Shown one piece after another: positions 1-6,430 of a DNA stretch of 36,975 nucleotides. The stretch is from a virus (Duplodnaviria > Caudoviricetes). The notes beneath the pieces are model-generated. The model was not told the origin of the DNA. It searched no databases and saw nothing but the letters and a program-made list of their open reading frames with translations. The first letter of the stretch is position 1. Each line of letters starts with the position of its first letter. The stretch covers positions 1 through 36,975 of IMG/VR virus record IMGVR_UViG_3300017913_000804. One strand, given 5' to 3'. The position numbers and the translations under genes were made by a program.

Positions 1-191
1 ACCTAACTGACACAGATGCCTTCTTCATCACTACAGATGTTCCAAATGGCATGAAGCACTTTGTGCGTACTGCAATGCAGACATCTATGGATGGTGACTT
101 TGATACAGGTAACGTGCGCTACAAAGCGCGTGAGCGTTACTCATTCGGCGTGTCTGATCCACTAGGTATCTACGGTTCTCCGGGTGCCTAA
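1..191 (+). CDS. Major capsid protein, C-terminal fragment (5' truncated by window edge)
   Basis: Frame from base 3 reads LTDTDAFFITTDVPNGMKHFVRTAMQTSMDGDFDTGNVRYKARERYSFGVSDPLGIYGSPGA*, which I recognise as the C-terminus of Mu gpT-like capsid proteins of aquatic podoviruses. Followed by a terminator. Not in the ORF track. Confidence 0.88.
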   Translation, partial: LTDTDAFFITTDVPNGMKHFVRTAMQTSMDGDFDTGNVRYKARERYSFGVSDPLGIYGSPGA

Positions 192-211
192 TTAGTTCAA
201 TTGAACTTTTG

Positions 212-244
212 GAAGGGGCTGTTAACGCAGCCCTTTCTTTTTTT
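212..244 (+). terminator. Rho-independent terminator after the capsid gene
   Basis: Stem GAAGGGGCTG (212-221) / CAGCCCTTTC (228-237), 6-nt loop, then a T run to 244. Confidence 0.85.
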
Positions 245-252
245 CTGGAGTA

Positions 253-261
253 TGCTATTCT
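253..261 (+). promoter_or_regulatory. Putative extended -10 promoter element
   Basis: TG-C-TATTCT; the predicted start near 267-268 coincides with the first helix of the downstream RNA element. Confidence 0.4.
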
Positions 262-266
262 GCGTT

Positions 267-343
267 TGGGGCAACATTAGCCTTGCAGACAGGATTCCGC
301 CCCACCTGACGTTGCACAGACTGCTAGGCGAAACCTTGTGCAA
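267..343 (+). ncRNA. Structured, multiply pseudoknotted RNA element downstream of capsid gene (candidate Mu-gpT-DE-like motif)
   Basis: Interleaved helices: 267-272/299-304, 280-288/321-329 (one mismatch), 290-293/305-308, 312-319/336-343. Location matches my recollection of the Mu-gpT downstream element motif. Confidence 0.6.
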
Positions 344-354
344 GGGGTATTAAT

Positions 355-837
355 ATGGCTTCAACTACATTCTCAGGCCCAGTGACATCTACTGCTGGCT
401 TTATTAGCGGATCAGATTCTCTTGTTGCTGTGGCAGCAGACGTTACTTTGACGGCAGCGTCACATGCTGGTCGCACAATGAACTTAAACATTGCTTCAGG
501 TGCTACCGTAACTCTTCCGGCGGCAACAGGAACTGGAAATACATATCGTTTCTTTGTTCAAACAACTGTGACTTCAAACGATTACATCATCCAAGTTGCA
601 AGCGCGGACGACACAATGTCCGGCGTTGCAGTGGTTGCAAACGATAGCGATGCTACAGCATCTATCTTTGAAACAGCAGCGGACTCAGACACAATTACGC
701 TAGATGGCTCTACGACTGGTGGTATTCTAGGTGGGCAAATTGAGCTTCAAGATGTTGCATCTGGTAAGTTTCGTGTTCTTATCAATCAGGCAGCGACAGG
801 AACAGAAGCAACTCCCTTTAGTGCAGCCGTTTCATAG
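355..837 (+). CDS. Putative virion structural protein (capsid decoration/fibre-like)
   Basis: 160 aa, T/A/S/G/D-rich beta-type sequence starting MASTTFSGPV; first gene after the capsid gene; SD AAGGGG. Confidence 0.6.
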   Translation: MASTTFSGPVTSTAGFISGSDSLVAVAADVTLTAASHAGRTMNLNIASGATVTLPAATGTGNTYRFFVQTTVTSNDYIIQVASADDTMSGVAVVANDSDATASIFETAADSDTITLDGSTTGGILGGQIELQDVASGKFRVLINQAATGTEATPFSAAVS

Positions 838-844
838 GTGACGC

Positions 845-1000
845 ATGGGTAAGCTACACATGATGAACCCTCGAAAGAGGGTTCGCGCACGAAACTCAGA
901 CGGTACACTTAAAGCAGGTGATCCTTCTACGCCTGATGTAAAGGAGGCGTGAGAAGAAAAGCCTGTGAAAAAGCGTCGTTCTACAAAGAAAAAGGATTGA
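845..1000 (+). pseudogene. Small basic phage protein interrupted by in-frame TGA (950-952)
   Basis: MGKLHMMNPRKRVRARNSDGTLKAGDPSTPDVKEA*EEKPVKKRRSTKKKD*. Fills the intergenic gap and resembles the recurrent phage motif RAR...DDPSTPDVNEAW, with the stop at the Trp position. Confidence 0.6.
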
Positions 1001-1003
1001 TAG

Positions 1004-1540
1004 ATGAACAGCTTATCTCAGATTTATCAGGTCAGTCGTCGTGAATCAGGTTTTGCTGTTCTTGGTCCTCATAGGCTTAAAGAGTTCTCACTTGTAGGAA
1101 CAGCAAGCGCTGGTAAGTTAACTGTATACGACACAGACACCGCTCCTGTATCCGGCACTTATGGTCAATCAGGTACAACCGTCACAGTCACAGACACTAC
1201 TCACGGACTTTCGACAGGTGACGTTGTGGGTATTTGTTTTGAAACAGGAACAGGTGGGACAGCTACATCTGGTAATTATAGCATAACTGTAGCTGATGCA
1301 GATACTTTTACTATCACGATGCTGAATGCAGATACGATCACTGATGATCCAAGCTGTCATTATGTTGCAAATAGCGGGTCTCAACAAGAGAAGCCAAAGC
1401 GGTGGTTAATGTGTAAAAACATTGCCGCTAGTGATACGTTTGCAAACGTGTTTCAAGTTCCCAACAGTGGGTTTTTAACGAGATTAGGCACATACTTCTT
1501 AATGAGCAATCTGTCTGAAGCAGATGTATTCTATGAGTAA
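1004..1540 (+). CDS. Hypothetical protein, probably structural, with internal beta-domain insert
   Basis: 178-aa ORF in operon; central segment TVTVTDTTHGLSTGDVVGI...YSITVADADTFTIT resembles the small beta module (FCCH-like) common in phage structural proteins. Confidence 0.6.
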   Translation: MNSLSQIYQVSRRESGFAVLGPHRLKEFSLVGTASAGKLTVYDTDTAPVSGTYGQSGTTVTVTDTTHGLSTGDVVGICFETGTGGTATSGNYSITVADADTFTITMLNADTITDDPSCHYVANSGSQQEKPKRWLMCKNIAASDTFANVFQVPNSGFLTRLGTYFLMSNLSEADVFYE

Positions 1541-1543
1541 GTC

Positions 1544-1828
1544 ATGGCTTCCACAAAAGACGTAAAGCGACTGCCTTCCGGGAGAATAAGTTATAGAGGT
1601 GAAACCTTTGCCGGGTACAATAAACCCAAACGCACACCCGGAAAAGCTAAGAAAAGCGCAGTTCTCGCTAAAAAAGGCGATCAAGTTAAACTTGTCCGCT
1701 TTGGAGATAGCAAGATGTCGATTAAGAAAGATCAACCAAGCCGCCGTAAGAGCTTCCGTGCAAGACACAGTTGCGACACGGCTAAAGACAAATTCAGTGC
1801 AAGATACTGGTCCTGTAAGGCGTGGTAA
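1544..1828 (+). CDS. Conserved small basic phage protein
   Basis: 94 aa, K/R-rich, motifs KLVRFGD, RRKSFRARHSCD and ARYWSCKAW; tightly packed in the operon. Confidence 0.75.
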   Translation: MASTKDVKRLPSGRISYRGETFAGYNKPKRTPGKAKKSAVLAKKGDQVKLVRFGDSKMSIKKDQPSRRKSFRARHSCDTAKDKFSARYWSCKAW

Positions 1829-1829
1829 G

Positions 1830-1988
1830 ATGAATGTAGAAGAAGTATTAAAATTACTCGAAAAGCACGAAGAAGAGTGCAACCGTCGTTATGCAAAGAT
1901 TGATTCGCAGCTCGACAAGCTGGATTTACGTCTTTGGGGAATTGCCGCATTAATTATAGCTTCTGCGGTAGCGGAAAGGTTTATCTAG
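1830..1988 (+). CDS. Small coiled-coil protein with C-terminal hydrophobic helix
   Basis: ATG 1830, 1 nt after the previous stop: MNVEEVLKLLEKHEEECNRRYAKIDSQLDKLDLRLWGIAALIIASAVAERFI. It is the 3' part of track ORF 1599..1988. Confidence 0.7.
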   Translation: MNVEEVLKLLEKHEEECNRRYAKIDSQLDKLDLRLWGIAALIIASAVAERFI

Positions 1989-2176
1989 TGGCCTATTCGC
2001 GCAAGTCTAAAAAGTCCTCGTCTAAAAGTAAGGGAAGCAAAATATGTCCCGCAGGCAAGGCTTGGGCGGAGCGCACGTTTGACACTTACCCTTCGGCTTA
2101 TGCAAACATGGCTGCGTCGAAGTATTGTAAAGACCCCAATTACGCCAAAAAAGCGAAGGGGAAGAAAAGTGGGTGA
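1988..2176 (+). CDS. Small basic phage protein
   Basis: GTG overlapping the previous TAG; K/S-rich with motif FDTYPSAYAN. Confidence 0.7.
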   Translation: MAYSRKSKKSSSKSKGSKICPAGKAWAERTFDTYPSAYANMAASKYCKDPNYAKKAKGKKSG

Positions 2177-2552
2177 GTTGAAGAAATGGCGGGACCAAGA
2201 CTGGGTAAGGATTGGAGCCGACGGCGAAATCAAAGGTAAATGCGGTACTTCAAAAAATAAGAAGAACCCTGATCGCTGCTTGCCCCGCAGCAAAGCTGAA
2301 AGTCTTACGAAGTCTGAGCGGGCTGCTACGGCTCGTAAAAAGAAGCGAGAAGGCTCTAAGGGGAAGCAGGTTGTATCGAATACTAAAAAGGCAAAAGTAA
2401 CGAACATGGCACTTGGCGGTGCGGTGGGTGAAACGAAGCCTAAACGCCCTTTTCGTGGTAAATCGCAGGCGGGTACTGCGGTTGCTAGGGGTTGCGGGGC
2501 CGTGATGAACGGTCGGCGCAAGAGAACGAAAGGTTCGGTAACGCAGGCATGA
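2169..2552 (+). CDS. Basic phage protein
   Basis: GTG 2169, (M)GELKKWRDQDWVRI...KCG...RCLP...ARKK; carries MALGGAV and ARGCGAV; ATGA overlap with the next gene. Confidence 0.72.
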   Translation: MGELKKWRDQDWVRIGADGEIKGKCGTSKNKKNPDRCLPRSKAESLTKSERAATARKKKREGSKGKQVVSNTKKAKVTNMALGGAVGETKPKRPFRGKSQAGTAVARGCGAVMNGRRKRTKGSVTQA

Positions 2553-3142
2553 ACTTAGCTTTTCTGACGCCCTCCCTTGAAGTAGAAAAAGCAGTTCATC
2601 GGGAATTGATTGACTGGTCGTCAGAAGTTTTGTCAAAAGCCAGTCCGCATTTTAATAATTTACCTCCTTGCCCATACGCACAACAGGCTTGGGCGGACGA
2701 CCGCGTAGCGGTTATGTTCAAATACGAAAGCAACAAGCAGTGTTTGTACAGCACCGTATCGCGATATGACGATAATTTTGATTTAGCCATTATTGTTGAC
2801 TTTACGTTCGAAGAGGACCCAGAACTTTTCCACACATACCTAGACGAGATGAACGATGTCATTGCGGACGGTATGTTTATTGATAAAGACATCTGGGTTA
2901 TGGGTTTTCACCCGCATGACGAGGAAAGCGAGTTCATAGAAGATATGGACTTTGAACCTCATGTGGATGCTGAATATGCCATGATTTTTGTGCAGCGTTT
3001 GTCAAAACTACAAGAAGCGGCAGACAAGCTGGATAAAAAAGGCTATTATGACACGTATAATAGCCAGTATAACGCCCGTGAAATCTATGAAAAGCGGGAA
3101 CGCCTATATAGGAGATTGAAAGATGGCAATGAAACCACGTAA
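2549..3142 (+). CDS. Acidic protein, DUF1415-like
   Basis: ATG 2549 in ATGA overlap; motifs LPPCPYA and MGFHP recall the DUF1415 family. Confidence 0.6.
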   Translation: MNLAFLTPSLEVEKAVHRELIDWSSEVLSKASPHFNNLPPCPYAQQAWADDRVAVMFKYESNKQCLYSTVSRYDDNFDLAIIVDFTFEEDPELFHTYLDEMNDVIADGMFIDKDIWVMGFHPHDEESEFIEDMDFEPHVDAEYAMIFVQRLSKLQEAADKLDKKGYYDTYNSQYNAREIYEKRERLYRRLKDGNETT

Positions 3143-3278
3143 GAAAGCGCCTGTCAAAAAGATGCGTGGCGGCGGTATGGTAAAGAAAATGCGCGGCGGT
3201 GGCATGGTAAAGAAAATGCGCGGCGGTGGCATGGTTAAAAAGATGCGCAAAGGCGGCATGGTGAAGAAGAAGAAGTAA
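3123..3278 (+). CDS. 51-aa very basic repeat protein, (MRGGGMVKK)x4
   Basis: GGAG SD at 3111-3114; MAMKPRKKAPVKK-MRGGGMVKK-MRGGGMVKK-MRGGGMVKK-MRKGGMVKK-KK*. The 27-bp repeats differ mostly at synonymous positions. Below the ORF-track cutoff. Confidence 0.85.
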   Translation: MAMKPRKKAPVKKMRGGGMVKKMRGGGMVKKMRGGGMVKKMRKGGMVKKKK

Positions 3279-3279
3279 G

Positions 3280-3948
3280 GTGGCTACATCAGGAAGCACA
3301 GATTTTGAGCTAGACGTCGCTGAGTACGTCGAGGAAGCGTTCGAGCGTTGTGGTCTTGAGGTTCGTACTGGTTACGACCTAAAGACGGCAAAGCGTTCGC
3401 TTAATCTGTTGCTTGCAGATTGGGCGAACCGCGGTTTGAACCAATGGACAATTAAACAACGCACAGTCACACTAGCGATTGGCGACGGCGAATATGATCT
3501 GGGTACAGATGTAATCGACGTTCTGTCGGTTATTGTGCGTCGTGACGGTACAGACTACTCGTTGGAACGTTTGAGCCGGGATGAATACCTTACAATTCCG
3601 ACAAAAACCACGCAGGGACGACCAAACCAGTTTTTCTTGGATCGTCAGCTAACTCCAAACCTAAAAATATGGCCTACGCCTGAAAACACCACCGATGTTG
3701 TGATTTACGACGCGTTGACCCGCATGGATGACGCAGATGTTTACACAGACACAATGGATATGCCGTTTCGGTTCTATCCCTGTTTGGCGGCGGGCTTGGC
3801 CTACTACATTGCTTTGAAGCGGGCACCTAATCGTGTGCAGTTGCTCAAGGCTGTATACGAAGAAGAGTTCGAACGCGCTGCAACCGAAGACCGCGACCGG
3901 TCGTCGTTCAACGTCGTTCCGAAATACGAATATTATGGGACGGGGTAG
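3280..3948 (+). CDS. Head-tail adaptor / tail tubular-type protein
   Basis: 222 aa, MATSGSTDFELDVAEYVEEAFERCG...WANRGLNQWT...GRPNQF...IWPTP; position and motifs typical of podovirus adaptors. Confidence 0.7.
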   Translation: MATSGSTDFELDVAEYVEEAFERCGLEVRTGYDLKTAKRSLNLLLADWANRGLNQWTIKQRTVTLAIGDGEYDLGTDVIDVLSVIVRRDGTDYSLERLSRDEYLTIPTKTTQGRPNQFFLDRQLTPNLKIWPTPENTTDVVIYDALTRMDDADVYTDTMDMPFRFYPCLAAGLAYYIALKRAPNRVQLLKAVYEEEFERAATEDRDRSSFNVVPKYEYYGTG

Positions 3949-4254
3949 ATGGCTAAGTTTGCTTCGGGAAAAGATTCGTGGGCAATATCTGACCGCTCTG
4001 GGTTTCGTTATCCTTATAGGGTAATGAAGCGCGAGTGGAATGGTTTGCTTGTGGGTCCCGACGAATATGAGCCAAAACACCCGCAGCTTGGACCGTTTCG
4101 CAAGGTTGTAGACCCGCAGGCTCTTGATAATGCAAGACCTGACCGTATTGAGCCACTGGATGTATTTGTTGGTGTCCCTCTTGTAGAGGCACCAAACCTT
4201 CGTCCGCCGCAGGCATTTGGTAAAGTTGGGCAAGTTACGGTGAGTACGTCATGA
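3949..4254 (+). CDS. Conserved hypothetical phage protein
   Basis: 101 aa, ISDRSGFRYPY...EWNG...EPKHPQL; abuts both neighbours. Confidence 0.75.
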   Translation: MAKFASGKDSWAISDRSGFRYPYRVMKREWNGLLVGPDEYEPKHPQLGPFRKVVDPQALDNARPDRIEPLDVFVGVPLVEAPNLRPPQAFGKVGQVTVSTS

Positions 4255-4901
4255 GCTTTACATACGATGAACTAAAACAGGCCATTCAGGACTACACCGA
4301 GAACGACGAAACGTCTTTTGTGACTAATTTGCCGTTATTTATCCGTCAGGCGGAGGAGCGCATTCTTAAAAATGTGCAATTAAGCCTGTTTCGGAAGAAT
4401 GTAGGCGGTACTTTGACGGCTTCGAACAAGTATTTGGCCTGTCCAAGCGACTTTTTGGCTCCATTTTCGCTTTCTTTCGTTAATTCAGACAGCGATCACG
4501 TGTTTTTGGACTTCAAAGACTCCGATTTCGTGCAATCCTTCAATCCGAACGCGGCTACGACGGGAAATCCACGTTATTACGCTGTTTTTGACGTAAATAA
4601 CTTCATTTTGGGCCCGACACCGGACGCAAGTTACGATGTGGAGCTTCATTACTTCTATCGTCCGCTGAGTTTGACGCAATCTGGCGGCAGCGGCACGACA
4701 TGGCTGAGTGAAAACGCTCAGTTGGCGCTTTTGTACGGCAGCTTGATCGAAGCTTACATCTTCATGAAGGGCGAGCCGGATATAATGCAACAATACGAGA
4801 AACGGTTTGCTGAAGCAATTACTGGACTGAAAATGTTCGGCGAGAGCAAAGAAGTTACCGATGAATATCGTACTGGTATGGTTGTGAGGCCAAAACAATG
4901 A
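4251..4901 (+). CDS. Second adaptor/neck-like virion protein
   Basis: 216 aa, TYDELKQAIQDY...FIRQAEERI...GNPRYY...GPTPD...LLYGSL; shares the G-x-P and PTP pattern with 3280..3948. Confidence 0.65.
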   Translation: MSFTYDELKQAIQDYTENDETSFVTNLPLFIRQAEERILKNVQLSLFRKNVGGTLTASNKYLACPSDFLAPFSLSFVNSDSDHVFLDFKDSDFVQSFNPNAATTGNPRYYAVFDVNNFILGPTPDASYDVELHYFYRPLSLTQSGGSGTTWLSENAQLALLYGSLIEAYIFMKGEPDIMQQYEKRFAEAITGLKMFGESKEVTDEYRTGMVVRPKQ

Positions 4902-5197
4902 GTTTTCCAGCATTAGATATGAATATTGACCCCGGTTTTACGGTGGAGGTACACACCACCAGCGGTCGCGGGTTTACTCCAGAAGAAATCGCTGAACGTG
5001 CGGCTAATAAGATTATCTCTATTAGCGATGACGCGAGCCCTGCTATTCGGGCACAGGCACATGCCTTTCGCAAGCAAATTGTAAAGCTTTTAGAAATTTA
5101 CACGCGCGAAGCGATAAAAAGTGATAGAACCACTGTGTACAACGCGCTAACCGACGCAGGCCACAAGGAGCTTGCTGAACTGATAAGGAGACTGTGA
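4898..5197 (+). CDS. Conserved hypothetical phage protein
   Basis: 99 aa, ATGA overlap with the previous gene. Confidence 0.7.
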   Translation: MSFPALDMNIDPGFTVEVHTTSGRGFTPEEIAERAANKIISISDDASPAIRAQAHAFRKQIVKLLEIYTREAIKSDRTTVYNALTDAGHKELAELIRRL

Positions 5198-5198
5198 C

Positions 5199-5651
5199 AT
5201 GGCTTTCTCAGGAAACTACATGTGTACATCCTTTAAGAACGAGCTTCTTTATGGTGTACACGACTTTGATGCCTCGACGGGCGACACTTTTAACATCGCG
5301 CTTTATACGAGTTCCGCGACGCTAGATGCGTCGACGACTGCGTATTCGGCAACGAACGAAACCAGTGGCACCGGTTATTCGGCGGGCGGTCAGGCTTTGA
5401 CCAACGTAAACCCGACGACTTCTGGTACGACGGCTTTCACTGATTTTGCAGACGAGACTTTCACGACTGCAACAATTACTGCGCGTGGCGCGTTGATTTA
5501 TAACACAACTCCAAACACAGATTCGCTTTCGGTATCTAACCCGGCAGTGGTTGTTTTGGACTTTGGCGGGGACAAGACGTCCACCGCTGGTGATTTTACC
5601 ATTGTGTTTCCGACCGCAGACGCAAGTAATGCGATTATTCGGATAGCGTAA
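5199..5651 (+). CDS. Putative tail structural protein
   Basis: 150 aa, T/S-rich, IALYTSSATL...TARGALIYN...VLDFGGDK; SD GGAG. Confidence 0.65.
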   Translation: MAFSGNYMCTSFKNELLYGVHDFDASTGDTFNIALYTSSATLDASTTAYSATNETSGTGYSAGGQALTNVNPTTSGTTAFTDFADETFTTATITARGALIYNTTPNTDSLSVSNPAVVVLDFGGDKTSTAGDFTIVFPTADASNAIIRIA

Positions 5652-6418
5652 TGACCGATGTCGTCGTCCCATTAACCGGTTGGGGCCGGGGAACATGGGG
5701 CCAGCTTGGCTGGGGCGAAGCCTCTATAACCAATGCTGGGGCGGCAGGAGAAGTAGGTTTAGTAACCGTTGTTGCGGAAGCAAACGTACCGGTTACTGGC
5801 ATATCGGCGACAGGTAACGTTGGCTCCGTAACGGTAGTTGCAGACGCTAACGCTTCTGTCACTGGTGTTGCTGGCACGGGTCAGGTTGGCTCTGTCAGTG
5901 TCATCGGCGAGGCCAACATAGACGTGACCGGCGTTGCCGGTACTGGCCAAGTCGGTTCCGTCGCCATTGAGGCTGACGCAAACGTCTATCCAACCGGACT
6001 GACTGCGACAGGAGCCGTGGGCTCTGTTTCGGTTACCGAAGATGCAGACGCTGACGTTACGGGAGTTGCCGGAACTGGCGAGGTAGGCACTGTTAGTGTC
6101 GATGCCGAGGCCAATGTTCCGGTTACGGGCATTGCTGCAACCGGCGGGGTTGGTAGTGTTACCGTAGATGCGGGCGCTATCGTAAATGTAACAGGAGTGA
6201 GTGCGGCAACTGGGGTTGGTAATGTACTTGTATATGGCCGGATTGTTCCAGATCAAAATCCGAGTTATAGTGAGGAAACACCAAGTCAAAGTCCAACGTG
6301 GTCTGGGGAAACACCCAGTCAAAGTCCAACGTGGTCTGAGGAAACACCCAGTCAAAGTCCAACGTGGTCTGAGGAGTCGCCAGCACAGAATGCAAATTGG
6401 ACGCGAGTGGCGGCGTAG
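5651..6418 (+). CDS. Putative tail/fibre protein with V/T/G/A repeats
   Basis: WGxGxWG N-terminus, about 7 copies of a ~22-aa repeat (ANVxVTGVAGTGxVGSVxVxA) and C-terminal 11-aa repeats. Confidence 0.7.
   Translation: MTDVVVPLTGWGRGTWGQLGWGEASITNAGAAGEVGLVTVVAEANVPVTGISATGNVGSVTVVADANASVTGVAGTGQVGSVSVIGEANIDVTGVAGTGQVGSVAIEADANVYPTGLTATGAVGSVSVTEDADADVTGVAGTGEVGTVSVDAEANVPVTGIAATGGVGSVTVDAGAIVNVTGVSAATGVGNVLVYGRIVPDQNPSYSEETPSQSPTWSGETPSQSPTWSEETPSQSPTWSEESPAQNANWTRVAA
6272..6376 (+). repeat. Three near-perfect 33-bp tandem repeats (EETPSQSPTWS)
   Basis: Units at 6272, 6305 and 6338 sharing AGTCAAAGTCCAACGTGGTCT. Confidence 0.95.
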
Positions 6419-6430
6419 AGGAATAAAGAG

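Noticed and set aside
306-334. Hammerhead-like CUGACG...GAAAC in the post-capsid RNA
   Set aside because: The core reads CUGACGU rather than CUGANGA, and the intervening sequence does not form stem II; it pairs with distal segments instead.
950-952. Genome-wide TGA-to-Trp recoding
   Set aside because: Many genes end in TGA with ATGA coupling to the next gene, and long ORFs are intact under the standard code using TGG for Trp.
6272-6376. CRISPR-like array of 33-bp repeats
   Set aside because: Repeats are contiguous without spacers, in frame within a CDS, and no cas genes are present.
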